A stretch of 64,000 nt of DNA from Geosiphon pyriformis uo1 (Eukaryota; Fungi; Glomeromycota): contig JAAOMT010000009.1 in NCBI GenBank assembly GCA_016748015.1, positions 16,456-80,455 of the forward strand, in the 5' to 3' direction. The notes under the pieces are model-generated. The model searched no databases. It had not been told where the DNA came from and saw only the letters and a program-made list of their open reading frames with translations. Shown one piece after another: positions 36,918-50,283 of this stretch (its first letter is position 1; each line of letters begins with the position of its first letter). Both the position numbers and the translations under genes were made by a program.

Positions 36918-39853
36918 TTTAAAGTATAAATTTAAAATAGGATCAGTTTATAGTAATGAACGATATCATTTATTATTTTCACAAATCACTATATATACAT
37001 ATATACATATTTTAAGCTTTATTTTTGTAGGTTTTTCAAGATTATTCAATTAGAATAGGGTTTACATAGTTTTTATTGAGAATAGGTAGCAAAAATTAAA
37101 TTTTTTTGTATAATCGGAATTCTGTACATCTTTTATTTTGATCACGATTATTGAGCTTTGTTGTGTTATTGCAAACAAAAAGCCTTTGTTTTTACATATA
37201 AATTCTTTATTTTGGATTTCTACGAGGGTTTTAGCTAGCCATATGGCAGAAAAATATACTTTATTGGGAAGCAATTACTCGAACTTTTGCATATAGATTT
37301 TATTCATATTGGGCTTTATTTCTCATTTTAAATTACATACATCAACTAATCTGGTTAGTAAAAATCAGAGTTGTAGGTAATACCAGTTAATTTATAAGTA
37401 TTAATTCTCGGTCGCTGAAATTTTGTGTGGTTTTAGAATAATATTAAAAAGGGTCATTTTTGCTTTAAATATTCTAATGCATTTTATTTTGTAATGGCTA
37501 TGAATTTAAAAGCTTTTTCTATATATATTATTATTTAAAGTTTTTTGAACTATATGAACAAAAAGTTTGAGTCACATTTAACATTAGTTATTACTAGTAA
37601 TTCAGTTTTCTTATTGGAATGGCCATTTTTTATAAAGAATTCTTCATAAAAAATTTATTGTCTTCACTTTAGATCATTTTATCTGTGATAAATTTTTATG
37701 TTTCACAAGTATTGAAAGAAAATTTTGTAACTATTTTTATTTTTTTTCATTTATTTTTTAACCAATTTTTGAAAGAAAACGAATACTATTTCTTTTTATT
37801 CAAATTTTTTTTTCAAAGCTAAATAAGTCAATGATAGTTTTTAATCTTTTTTTTTGATTGAATATGAAAAACAAGATGGTATATATGTTTCACATTTTTC
37901 ATGATAAAAAATTGTAAAGTTTATATAATAATATTAAATATTGAGAATACAAGTTACAGGATATAATTCGATAAAATATATTTAGATTTATCTCAAAAAA
38001 TATATACATATATATATATTCTAGGAAATTTTTTAAATCATAATGACCTCAAAAATTGTGAGTTATACTTTCGGGAAAAAAATTAATGGGATCACACACA
38101 CAAACACACACACACACACACATGGAATACCATGTCACAGGATTTTTTTACAATTTCTTTTTGGAAATTAAAAGGAAGTAAACATTCTAAAAGCGTGTGA
38201 ATATATAATAATTTTTCCAATGTGAATTAACTTTTTTGCTTTTTCACTTTTCCCATCTAAACTGAAAAATTTTTTTGTTTTTAATAATATTTTGTCTTAT
38301 CTACAAAACAAAATAGGTATTGAAGATTTTTTTTGGAAATGCATAGATAAAATATTTAGTATGCATAAGAATTTGATCACAAGACTGCAACACAAGATAT
38401 TTTGTTGTTGTTGTTATTATTGTTGTTGTTGTTTTTTTCGGTTATTACCCTATTTTGGTAAAAAGAAAAATTTTCCAGAAACTCTCCTTTTGATTGACCT
38501 GTTCATATTTTTTCATAATTTTGCCAAAAAAAATAATAATAATAATAATAATTTTGCTTATTTTAATTTCCTCAAAATAGAAATTTTTGTTATAAAATTT
38601 TGCTTTTTTAAAATATTTTATTATTTTAATCGATTTAAATAGTATATATATTTTTATCTAAAAAAGTTTTATCCTTGGGTAAACTTTAAAATATTAAAAT
38701 ATATTTAGATAATTAATTTTTTCTTTCAAGTTTCATATATCTATAAACACACGAAACCATCAACTTATTTTTAAAGAAAATTTTTTTTAATGTTAACAGC
38801 AAACAATAAAAAATCCTAAAAATGATTTATATTGTAACTTTTCCTTTATGAAAATTTTTCTATGCTTTAAAAACAAATTATTCAGCATTTGAAGCTCCCA
38901 ATTTTTTTTTTTTTTTTTTTTTACAAAACAAAAAATATAGTTTTGATTGAAAATCTAAAAAAAAAAACTAATCTTTCAAATTGCTGATTAAATTTATCAT
39001 ATAATAAGGTTTGAATGGGTGTAGTAATTCACATTTTGAAAAAAAAGTTTATAATTGATAATCCTAAAATGTATGTTGATTTAAGCTGCAGCTTAGCTAT
39101 CAAACTCTATCACATGGAACCATCCCTGAAGAAAGACCCCGAATTTAAACCTAAACATTATTATAAATTTATTGGTATACCTCTGATCCTTTATCCTTGA
39201 CGAATTTATTCATTCTCTAAAAAGAAAGATTTTGGGTAAAGCATTTTGATACAATTTTTTGAAACATTCAAAATCCGTACAACTTTAACCATCTTTATTT
39301 CCTTTTTTTCAGTTTCGAAATAATCTTTGAAAATGTTCGTTTGTTACCCTGTTATGGAAAAATCTCTTTTGGATTTCTCAAATCTGGAGTTGACCTTTCT
39401 CAAAATTGTTATATGATAAGCCGAGACCTAAAATTGGGTGAAGAATTTACCGGATATAGCTTCGACTAGATTTCAATGTTTCGTTAAATGCTTTCTTTTG
39501 AACTGAATTTGATAAGCTATTTTTAACGCTCGATTCAAAAAAAACAATTAAACCTAAATAAACACTCTTAAAAACTTCATTATATCTGAAAATTATGGTT
39601 TGTATCGCTTAATAATGGTTTTCTTTTTTTTATTGGTAAACTTTTTGAAATTTCAAAAATACTAGTTGAACTACACAAATAATCATTGACTTTGCTCTAC
39701 TTATTTGCAATGAAAAAAAAATCCATTCACATCCTCTCTATATTTTTCACTTGTCAATTATTATTTCTCTTACAATTAAATTACCTTAAAAAATTTTTCT
39801 AAAATTGTTTGATCAAAAACTATAATTTCTGATCAGCCTAAACATGTCCTGAC

Positions 39854-40399
39854 CTAAAGAAACATCATGAATCCAACATTGAGAACAAAAAATGAAATCC
39901 CAAGGTATATTGTCGTTGCTGGAAATTTCCAATTGTAAGCGTTGCTATTTTGTGGTTTGGTTTTTGTCATGATTTTCTTATTATCTTGAAATGTTTCAGA
40001 GTCACTTATAGTTCGAATATCGATTAAATTCTCAACGTCAACTTTGTTTTTTTCTTCACATTTTTCTGTATTAGGAGGCTTTTGTAAATTATTCGCTTTA
40101 GTTGATATATTAATTTCTGATCCCCTGATTTTGTATTTTAAGAAGATTAAATTCGTTATTTAAGATGATTGCTTTAAAGAAAAACTTTGCCTTTTAATTT
40201 TTTTTACGTACATAATGTAATTTCTGCTCTCAATCCTTAATGTCTTTTTCTTTTTTGCTTCGCATATGACCTGGTTTGATCTTGGAGATATTGTCTCGGA
40301 AACCGAATCTTTGCTGAAAATTATGGTCGTACTATTCGCTATGATAGCACAGGCAAATAAGAGAGAAAATATGAAATATATATTGTTGAAATCTTTCAT
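39854..40399 (-). CDS. Small secreted, probably GPI-anchored protein (152 aa, 2 exons)
   Basis: Exons 40399-40212 and 40124-39854. Hydrophobic N-terminal signal; C-terminus ...QNSNAYNWKFPATTIYLGISFFVLNVGFMMFL* has a GPI-signal layout. Confidence 0.7.
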
Positions 40400-41038
40400 T
40401 ATTTTTTAATGCTTTTCAACAAATTTTGAAGTATAGAAACTTGACTAATGGTTTACTACACAATTCAAGGTTTTGGATTTCAATTTAGAGCCTCCTTTAT
40501 TTATATACCTTCTATTTACAATAGCAGATTGAAGATTGCTTCTCCTAATTTGATGGTCGACAGATTCCCAATCACCTCTGTCAATTATAGAAAGAAAGAG
40601 AAGCAATTGCTACCTGTGGCACACTACTGTGGCGTTATTCAGGGTAAAATATATTGTTTGAAACGGAAAATATAATCAAATCAAATTTAAAAAAAAAAAC
40701 TAAAACTAAAAAGATAACCCAATGATTGTGCGGGCAATCTAATAAAGTTTGATTTCTGTGATATACCATTTAAAAAAATGAATGCCAAGCTACCACTTGA
40801 TATCCTATTGACAATCAAACCTCTATATGATAAATGAACATGGAACAACTTAAAACCTTTCTTGGCCCAAGTTATATTTAGAGCTGGAAAAAATTTTCCA
40901 TCATTCTGATAGCATCAAAGTTCCTTTCCTCTTTGGGAAGAGGAAGTTTTTTCTAAGAATACTTGAAAACAAATCCTTTTTGAAAAACAACAAATTAAGG
41001 TAAACTAGGTTTTAGTTGAGTGACTAAACATCCATTTT

Positions 41039-41281
41039 TTATTTATGAAATAAGTCTGCCGTCTTCCGACCAATCTCCATAAAAAACCCCCCTACAGCCG
41101 CCATCAAAAACATGACCCCATTTCGACAACCGCATCCCGTTAGAGAAGGTGTAGAAGATTCCCCTTCTGGGGCTGTATAAGGCTGTTGGGTTGGATGGTC
41201 GGTGCCAACGTTTCTTTTTTTCAATCCTTCATGACTGCTACCTTCAGTTGATTTCTGAGCTTCAGGAATAATGTTGGTCAT
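41039..41281 (-). CDS. Small hypothetical protein with C-terminal hydrophobic segment (80 aa)
   Basis: GC-richer ORF with ATG start, a GLKKR basic motif and hydrophobic GVMFLMAAVGGFFM near the C-terminus. Confidence 0.55.
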   Translation of the reverse strand: MTNIIPEAQKSTEGSSHEGLKKRNVGTDHPTQQPYTAPEGESSTPSLTGCGCRNGVMFLMAAVGGFFMEIGRKTADLFHK

Positions 41282-42415
41282 AATGAGATTTCCGGGTTCA
41301 TAAATAAGGATGAAAGTTTTTAAAATATACAGAAGTGGTAAGATCGCTCTTTTTATAACAATTGCCTGATTTACAGTGCAGAATGTCGCATGCGTCAGAA
41401 ATCATCATGATTTTCAAAAATGGTAAAAAGCAGTTTAGATGATCATGATTATTGCACAAAAGACCCGATAAGATTTAGAGGAGAAAAAAATTCCTTGTTT
41501 ATTTAAAGTAAAAACAAAGATGGTCATTTTGTCAAAAAGGAATAGAGTGCCAAACTCACAAAATGATAAATATAGATATCGATAACACAATCCAAGAAAT
41601 TTCATATCGATCCAATATCTACTCTTTTAACCCTTATTTGTTGTCGTTTCAATTCGGATTAGGATTTTTTACATGGCTTTCCTCTAACTTATCGGACGCA
41701 AATCATATGACATTCGTCCTTAGAGTTTTTTATTTAAATAAAATGAAAGAGATTCGTCACGTTTTTTGATTTTATGATAAAACGTTAGGTCCTTAAAGTT
41801 ACTTTGAAATGATCCAAGACCTCTCTAATCAAAGTTTTCATGATATTTGATTTCAAAAGAGTAGCAGCTATAAGTCAAGATAAATTTTCAAACTTAATAT
41901 TTAGCTATTGGGTTTTGTGAAATCAATTCGGCTAGTTCCTATTTTTTAAAGAATAAATTGCATGTCAAGTATAATTATCTCATCTCATCTTTCAATTGAA
42001 CGAAAATATACAAAGTTTGGGTCAAGATAATGTCAATTCCTTACAAGCTTCACCCCACAAGTCAAATGCTCACTTCACGATTTTTAACCCTCAATAATTT
42101 TTCCTCGCTTTTTAATCGAAAAATTAACTGATCGGCACGATTAGTTAAATATCAAACTTGTGACTGGAGATGCATTAGCTGAAACGCTGCATGAATAAAG
42201 GGAATTGATTAATATGCTCCAGTGATAGATTGAACAAAAAAAGCAGATTATTCAAATGCGCAAAGAAAAAATAAAATATTTAATCAATTCCATTCTTGCC
42301 AAATCTTTAAAATACAATCTCTAAATTGAGATTTATATTCAGAAATAATTGAAATACCAACGCGTTTCATACCTGAGTCCCTTTTCTAATAGGCAGAAAA
42401 GCTTTTTTTTGTACG

Positions 42416-43423
42416 ATGACTCTTTTTCTAATTTCTGTCTTTACTTTGGTTCTCGTCTCAAGCCTCGCGAATCTCGAGGTTACGGCTATGGTAATAAGGT
42501 CATGCAATAATTTTCCCACATTCTCAAGACCGTGCCATCTGCCATGCTCAGGTCCAACCATCTCACACCAACCTTCTAGCATATCATGTGGTATTCCACT
42601 CAATTCCTTCCCAGTTGGTAGCCCTTGTAGCTCTCTATCATTTGCAAATCCATGCTGTGGCCAATGTAACGCCTTTCCCTGTAGGCTTTCTTGTGGAAGT
42701 CTATGTTCTTTTATGCCATTAGGTATGAGATTTCCATATAACCATCTCCAAATGCCTTGCTTTGGAAAACAACAATGTGGGCAAGTTTGTCAGAATGGTA
42801 ACATTCAAGCCGAAACGTGTGGCAGCAACGCTATTCAATATTACAACGATATGAATAATCAATGCAATTCTGGCCAAAGTGGAACAACTTGCTTCGCTCG
42901 TCGTTCACCACTTTTCATGAATCAATGCAACGAATGCCAAAAAAATGACTGTTTTGCCAACACTGCAAATACTGCTCTTGATGAATGCTGTAATAAACAA
43001 GATCAAGTTCAACAATGTAACACCTGCGAATGCACCTACGACAACATTGGTAATCCAGGTGCCTCTTGTGGATTGCCAGTCTTTATGCCACCCTGTGGTT
43101 GTGCTCCAATGACTCCAAGTGTAGAGAGCAAAAAATGTTGTGAATCTAATAATTATGAAGCTGCTCATTGTGATAATGATGCTTGCCAGTTTTGTTCGGA
43201 CGAATCTAACGAGGCTCAGTGCGGAAAACAACAACAAGGCTCGTTTAATATAATCACCCGAAGAAAGCGCTCCCCTTTGGTGATCTCGAATTGTGCTGAG
43301 TGTCAAAACGAATACGCCCAATCTGGATCTAATAATCAGGCCTATTCTAAATGCGACGATTGCCAGAATCAAGTCTCTTGTTGTGAGGATCACCAAGAAG
43401 AGTATACTAAAATTCAGAAATGA
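42416..43423 (+). CDS. Secreted Cys-rich precursor with duplicated modules and dibasic (Kex2-type) sites
   Basis: Signal peptide, very high Cys content, and ARR|SPL and RRKR|SPL sites that each precede a homologous ~50-aa module. Confidence 0.85.
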   Translation: MTLFLISVFTLVLVSSLANLEVTAMVIRSCNNFPTFSRPCHLPCSGPTISHQPSSISCGIPLNSFPVGSPCSSLSFANPCCGQCNAFPCRLSCGSLCSFMPLGMRFPYNHLQMPCFGKQQCGQVCQNGNIQAETCGSNAIQYYNDMNNQCNSGQSGTTCFARRSPLFMNQCNECQKNDCFANTANTALDECCNKQDQVQQCNTCECTYDNIGNPGASCGLPVFMPPCGCAPMTPSVESKKCCESNNYEAAHCDNDACQFCSDESNEAQCGKQQQGSFNIITRRKRSPLVISNCAECQNEYAQSGSNNQAYSKCDDCQNQVSCCEDHQEEYTKIQK

Positions 43424-45456
43424 AGTAAAAGAGTTCAAAGTTCTAAATATGGTTGGAGAATTGAGAATTGATAAAATTATAGAATTCGTCAATAATTTAT
43501 TTTAAAGTGGGATATGAGAATATTGTTACCTTTGTAAATTCGTTTGCTTTTGTTTTATTTTTATTTTGGAATATTCACTTCAAGTCCATTTTCTATGATT
43601 TGAATCCAAACTCAAACCTTGGTCAGCTTTGGTGTTCGGAAAAGGATCTCCTTCACTGGCGTTTGTGAGCTGTATGAAATAATGTTGCGGTTTTTAAATC
43701 GAAATTTCTTTTGTGTCAAATTGGGATGGCAAGATTGATGTCATCCATTTCTGAAACCTATATCATTTTTGGAAATATCTCTTTTATGCAATCTTCTGCA
43801 ATGACCTTGATATGCTTTAGGCATTTTTGACTAGCTATCGTCATTCATAGATCGATGAGCCAAAGGATTCATTAATATATAGGCTATATGCACTCATTTC
43901 AAATTGTCAATCAATTAAACCATCATGTAGATCGCTTTTCATTTAGAAATTTCTATTATCAATAAACATCGGTTATCATCCATGTTATCCGGTTTTGTCA
44001 AGAAAAAATTCCTCAAAGTCAAATCTCCCAAGTGGCAAAGAGTTCTAGGGTTTTCACATAACAGTTCCTCAGAGCTTGCGTACCCCGAAAAGCAGCCATT
44101 TGATGCAATGCTAAGAGATTTTCATATGTCGTAAAAATTCGTACACAAATTTATTCTTGATGTTGCACGGATCCCCATAATTTTTAGGATATCTTAGATT
44201 GACCAATTTGGAAAATCTGCGATAAAATTAAAAAATTTGACACACCCTTCGCGTGGAATCAAAAAATCATATCTTACGATTTTCAAAAATTGGCAAAGAA
44301 GATACCTTGCTCATCTTTACTTGATAATCGAAAGGGGAGAAGGTGCAAATAATCTCACTTCTAACCCAAAAATGTCGCGACGGCTTGAACAGGTTTCTTG
44401 ACTTCATCAGCTTGACCTCTCTTCCTCTAAAGTTTATTCTTGGGCTGGGTATAGATCCCTGTTTATCGAATAATTGGAATTATTCTTATCGAAACGTTAT
44501 TTAAATGCGGAATTACCTAATTTTATCTTTGAGAATTCTTTTTAAGAAGTTTGAATATATTTTGGAAATATAAAAGTGTAAAAAAAAAATTTTAGATGTC
44601 GATCTTGAAAAAGACTTATCTCGATATTACGCAGGGTTTTGCATCAAAAGGAAGATTAATAATTTTTTGTGATGCATATGGAGCTTAATTGCCTTTAACC
44701 TGTTTAACTTTTCTCGAACCTTAAAAACAAAAAATTAGAAGAAATTACCAAATTTGTGAATTGGTTCGAAAAAAAATTCTCCATTGTTTTCCGTGAATTA
44801 TTGAAGCGCAAGGCTAGACAGCATCAGATTCCGCCCACATTATCGGCAATTATTATTTAATGCCGATTTTCTAACATTCTTATCATGGTTCAATTTGAAA
44901 TTCCCAATTTCCCGGGGCATGGAATTAGTCATTATTTCAAATTTTCAGCTACAAGCTTATTATATTTTCCTATTCAATTTAGGATATTGACTCATCATTT
45001 ACAAATTTGGCAATTACTTTAAGAACTTTGAATTTGAACTATAACAATCATTTTATTGGATTTGGGAATTTAACAATTTCAGGGAATATCTTTATTTTGA
45101 AAATAAAGTTGTTTTCACAATTAAACCTTGTGGCTAAAATTTTAAATATGGTCTCACAAATTTTTCTGAATTTCAAAAAACACAAAGTTTCTTAATCAAA
45201 ATTCAATATAAATAGGGGAGTTTTAGCAATGCTAACACCGCAGAGCTCGACAAATGCCACTTTTACATACTGATAGCCTTTCTTTACAGATACCTTTTAG
45301 AAAAGAAAGCATATCATCTTTCATCTCACTAAGCATTCAAGACATCTTCCAAAAAGGCAATTCCGGCAAATTGACCTAATTCACCCATCCTAAAAATAAG
45401 CTGTTGAGTTCTCAAATTCCCGATTTTTAAATTTCCTTTAGAGCGAAAATTTTAAA

Positions 45457-46407
45457 ATGGCGAATCCTATCGAAAACTCTACCAATCATCTCAATTCAAC
45501 CCCTATAATAATTAAGCCGAAATTTCCTCCAGCAATTAGCCCTGAGGAATTGTTAGCAAATGCCATTAAAAAGATTAACCAGGGACGAAAACCTTCAAAG
45601 ATTCCGAATGCCTTTATGGTTTACAGATTAGTACTTCAGAAGGAATATGCTCATTTCAATAATATCCCTGATATGTGTGCTCTATCTGCTGTGGCATCAA
45701 AACTTTGGAAGAGGGAGCCTGAATACGTCAAGGCAAAATACGAAGAAATTGTGCTTGGTGCCAAAAAACTTTTAGATAAAATTGTCAATGCTCCACGTCC
45801 ATTTGAAATTTTACAAGAGGATCCATCGGCAGTTTCATCCATTAATCCGGTGGAAGAAGATAACTTCCGAAACTATCTTGTAAACTGGAAGGCTACCAAA
45901 GTCCAAAAAAATGATTCCCTGATCGATGGGCGAAAAAGGCCTTTAGAAGATTTGGAATCTCTTCCTCAAAAACCAAGCACTAAACAAATTGGTACTCAAA
46001 CAGAACCTGTCACGTTTTCAGTCTCCTCACCATATTTCAGCTTGATTGGCCAGGAGATTTCATCATCTGATAATCAAGTTCAAACACGCGATCGGTTTGT
46101 ACCTGATCAACAGTTTGAATTCCCCTGCCAAGAGGCTTCATCTTTACAGCATCACATAGAATCAGGGTATATTAACATATCAACAGAATCTTCATTCGAA
46201 ACTGTACCTTCGGCTATGGCAATTGACCTTGATTATCGTTTGGCGGCACTTGAACGCCCTATAGAAGGGATGATTGGACAGCCAGGAAGTACCATCCTTC
46301 CTGGACAAATGGCTGATGGCACTTTTGATAGTCAGTATTACACCTTAGAACAAAGGCTGGCTCGTCTTGAACGGCTTTTTTCCCTTTTTTTTGTGGAGCA
46401 AAATTAA
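45457..46407 (+). CDS. MATA-type HMG-box transcription factor
   Basis: KPKFPPAISPEELL...KIPNAFMVYR...SAVASKLWKREPEYVKAKYEEI is the typical expanded glomeromycotan HMG subtype. Duplicated C-terminal motif LDYRLAALE / LEQRLARLE. Confidence 0.9.
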   Translation: MANPIENSTNHLNSTPIIIKPKFPPAISPEELLANAIKKINQGRKPSKIPNAFMVYRLVLQKEYAHFNNIPDMCALSAVASKLWKREPEYVKAKYEEIVLGAKKLLDKIVNAPRPFEILQEDPSAVSSINPVEEDNFRNYLVNWKATKVQKNDSLIDGRKRPLEDLESLPQKPSTKQIGTQTEPVTFSVSSPYFSLIGQEISSSDNQVQTRDRFVPDQQFEFPCQEASSLQHHIESGYINISTESSFETVPSAMAIDLDYRLAALERPIEGMIGQPGSTILPGQMADGTFDSQYYTLEQRLARLERLFSLFFVEQN

Positions 46408-49400
46408 TAATTTGATCACGGTAAGCAAAGATCATTGATAGAATACATTCTTCCCTAGTTTCAAAAAAATATATGTCACTATGATTTAGGAATTTAAATA
46501 TGCTTTAATCAATTAAAGTTTTTGTTCAAATATTTCAAATACAAGCTTTTCTCGAATATTTTTAATAAATCATTTAAGATTATGAAAAAAAATAAAAATT
46601 CTTGATTACTTACAATGAAAAAAGGAAGGCTAAACCAAATTATTTTTTGTGCTTGGCAAATTTTTGCACAAAAAAATCTGACCAATAAAAAAAAATTACT
46701 ATAAGTAACTCTATGTTGCTCAAATATGCTGGCTAAAGAAGACAATAACTGAAAGATGATACATTGTACAATAAATTTCATGCTTAAAGTCTTTAATAAA
46801 GCGAATCATCCTTACTCGTTCGGGCCTTATTTTTTTCCCGTTGAAAATTTGATTGAAATAAAAATAGAAGTTTACAAACTAGGAATAATTCTCGTTGACC
46901 AAACTTTTCTTGGCCACATGTCTTTGTATATTTAAATTAAAAAAATGAGCTTTGATGTTTGTAATTTTTAATAAAAAAGACCCCTAATCAAAAATTTGGT
47001 CACTCTGCAGTTATAAATTTTTATTGGTTCCTTGTAAATTTTCAGAACTTTGATAATGAATTAGCAATTCAACTTAAAAAGACACAAAAACATGAAATTC
47101 TGATTTACATTTAAAATTTTTTAATTTCTCAAGAGTTTAGAATTTTTTCATTTTTTCCTTATGATTGAAAAATTTTCCAGAGAAAGAGCCTTACCAAAAT
47201 TTCTTCTTTCAAAAAATGGTTTCATAGAAATCAATGACAAAATATTCCAAGATTTTTTACCCTATTTTTTCATTTTTAGGGGAATTATCATTACTCTTTT
47301 TCAGCGGATTCCTGTTAATCATTTGTTTTCATTAGAGTCGTGCAAAAACTAACGCACGGACTGCGACCCGTTTCACCGAAAAAAGACCTAAAATTAGCCC
47401 TTGTTTAGGTTTTGAATGAATTATCTATCCTGGAACTCTTGAAAATGTTGGTTACAAAGTCATTTTTGATTTCAAACTCTTTGGAATTAACATTAATTTA
47501 ATTTGATAAAAAAATAAAATATTTTGTTATTCACTTGAAATATATAAAGTACAAAATAAAATTTACTTTAATCTTAACAGAGTTTTGATATAACTTAAGT
47601 AGAATCTTTTACATATCTAAAAAGTTATCACAAACCTAAATTGGAAAATAAGGCTTTAAATGAAAATAAAAATTATAATTTTTATTTTATCATCAATCAA
47701 AAAAATTCAAATAACAATTTAGGTTTAATATAACACCAATAAATTGTCAAATATATTGGAGCATGTCAGGTTGATTCTCTAAATTTTTTATAATTTTTTG
47801 TACAGTTGTCATACAATTAAAAAAAATTAATTTACTTTAATATATATTTGAATACTAGCAAAAAAATTGAAATTTCTTATCAGAAATCATTTGTTTTACC
47901 AAAATTTTATCCAATAAACAAATATTTATTTATTTATTGAAGAAAGATCAAGACATTTAAAAATTGACTTTTTTCAAAACAAATAACAGTTTGTTTGACA
48001 GAGCTAAAACTTTAAAAAAAACCCTTATAATTCTGGATCGCCTATTCAAGGAAAATATTACACAAGGTTTTATTGAACAATTTAAGGGGAAAAAAGCGTG
48101 TCAATCTTTTCACAATAAGCCTTTTTTATTGAATTTTATTGAAAACGCTAGTTAATCACCCTAATGCGATTATGTGTGTACAAATAATTTAGGGCTAAAT
48201 TTTCTGGAAGAGAAAAAAAGGGCATGAATATGATAACTTTCCACTAATATATATAGGAAAAAAGAAAGAAAACATAAAACAAAAAGTCTTTACTAAAGTA
48301 GTTTAACGGAGATTTTTGAAGAAACTTCAAAAACATTTAAGCTTAGTTCATTTTGTATTCAGAAGAAAATTAGGAGAATTGATAATATTACATGCAAATA
48401 TTTGGCAAAATCCTTTTTAAACAAATTAAGATTAGGGAACGATCACTTTTCTTGTTGTCTTGAAGCTAAATTTTGTTTAAAACATTCAAACCATCGATCA
48501 TACACTGTATATGTAATAAAAGTAACTTTTAAAAAATAATAATCCAAATGTGAAATATTTTTTCCTTCAAGAGATGTCTTTCAAACAAAAAAGCTTATTA
48601 GAAGATAACTTTTTAATATAAATCAATTGAAGTGATGATATTCTAAAACAAGACATGGACTTTTATGTTTCAAAAAAAATTAGGACCAATAACTTACTTC
48701 CTTTCTTGTCATAAAAAAAGAATAAACTTTGGAAAAAAATATTTCAAAGACCTCTTAACTTGAAAAAGTTTAGCAACAGTTGTTCATATCAAAAATTTTT
48801 GCCCTTCTCTTTGCTTGCAGAAAAACTTCATTAAACATATTAAAAATTGGTTTACTTGTTCAAAAATAATTAAAATCCCATCGAATCGGAATCCAAAAAT
48901 TTAAACGTTGAAAAACTATATCTTACCCCAACCTTTGTGACATACAATAAAGTTTTATTTAGAATCCTACTTACATTAAAATGTATTAGTGAGCTGAATT
49001 AAATTCACACATAATCAAACAGATAAAAAAATATTTTAATAAAATTAATGTGGCTTTGCAGAGGTGATACAAAAAGGCAGGAGAGAATTTTCGTTTCGCT
49101 GCGATTGTTCTATTTTATAAATATAGTCGAATTTTTCTGCCATTTTAGTTCATTAAGCAATTTCTGATGAAATTCATTAGTATTTAATTAACCCAGGTTA
49201 CACACTAAGAAGAGAGCATTGAAAGAGATCAGGTTATATTTTAGATTGAAAAATATAAACCTACTAGATATTTTGGTCAAGTTTTCTTTTGTAGAAGTAT
49301 GAAATTTTCCTTGTTCCCACACTTCAAAACAGCTTGAAATATCCGAAGGAACACCATAAAATGAAAGGCTATAAAATTTTTTCAAGATTATGATTGTATC

Positions 49401-50283
49401 ATTCTTTCAATTATGTAACATTTAAAAACGAGTGGATACCAGGTTCTAACAATATATGAGAATTTAGCTCAAGGGGTTTTTCCACTATATAATTTCTGAA
49501 TCACCTGTTGACATGGATGTCGATGGTTTCCGAAAATCGATGAATCTGTGTAAGGGAACCAAACAAAATACACGTACAGTCCCACTATTACCAATTGTAC
49601 CCATAAAGATGCGGGTCAATGAATGAAAATTCTGGTCATCGGGGAAGTTTAATTATTAATTCTTTAGTCCCAAATCTTAAAATTAGTTATTAAAACTCGC
49701 CATATTTATTCTTAATTTTTAGGTTTTTGTCAAACTAATATATTCCAATGATACAAATTAAACCTTGAAACCAATCGCGATAATTACGGCTACATTTTAT
49801 TGCTTCGTCTCCGAAAAATGAGTTAATTTTTTAATTGATGTCTTTCGCCGATCAATTTCGCCTTTCTTTTACTGGCACTTGCGTATTCAAAGTTTCCCCC
49901 TTAGCAATACGTGAAACCAAGTCTGAGAATTTGTTCTCATCTCTAATCGTTGGCATATTTTTCTCCTATATATTATTCAGAAGGAAACATTATGGTAAAA
50001 AGTAAATATATTTTAGTTTTTCAATAATTGAGGTTTGGCCCACATTTTCATTTCCAGGCTTATGAGCCACTATCTTGTTTAATCAATGTTCGCTCATATA
50101 GGTGAATTTTTCTTATTCTTCAATAGGAAAATTTTTAAACTTTCATACATGGATAAATGTATACAATTGCACAAATACATCTGTTTCCAGGTCTAATAGA
50201 ATTTTCTTAATGAAAGCCCAACTTTAATAGAAAGTTTCAAACTTTCTTATTTGCACTGTTTTATTTAATAATATTTTGAAAAG

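Noticed and set aside
42905-43492. 195-aa minus-strand ORF and other antisense or nested ORFs (e.g. 590-778, 26042-26326, 29145-29486, 33373-33663)
   Set aside because: Shadows of real genes on the opposite strand or in another frame; no motifs.
49188-49960. GC-richer minus-strand stretch with coding-like fragments (MPTIRDENKF..., RIFMGTIGNSGTVRVF...)
   Set aside because: Probably a pseudogene, but it has multiple stops and no family I can support.
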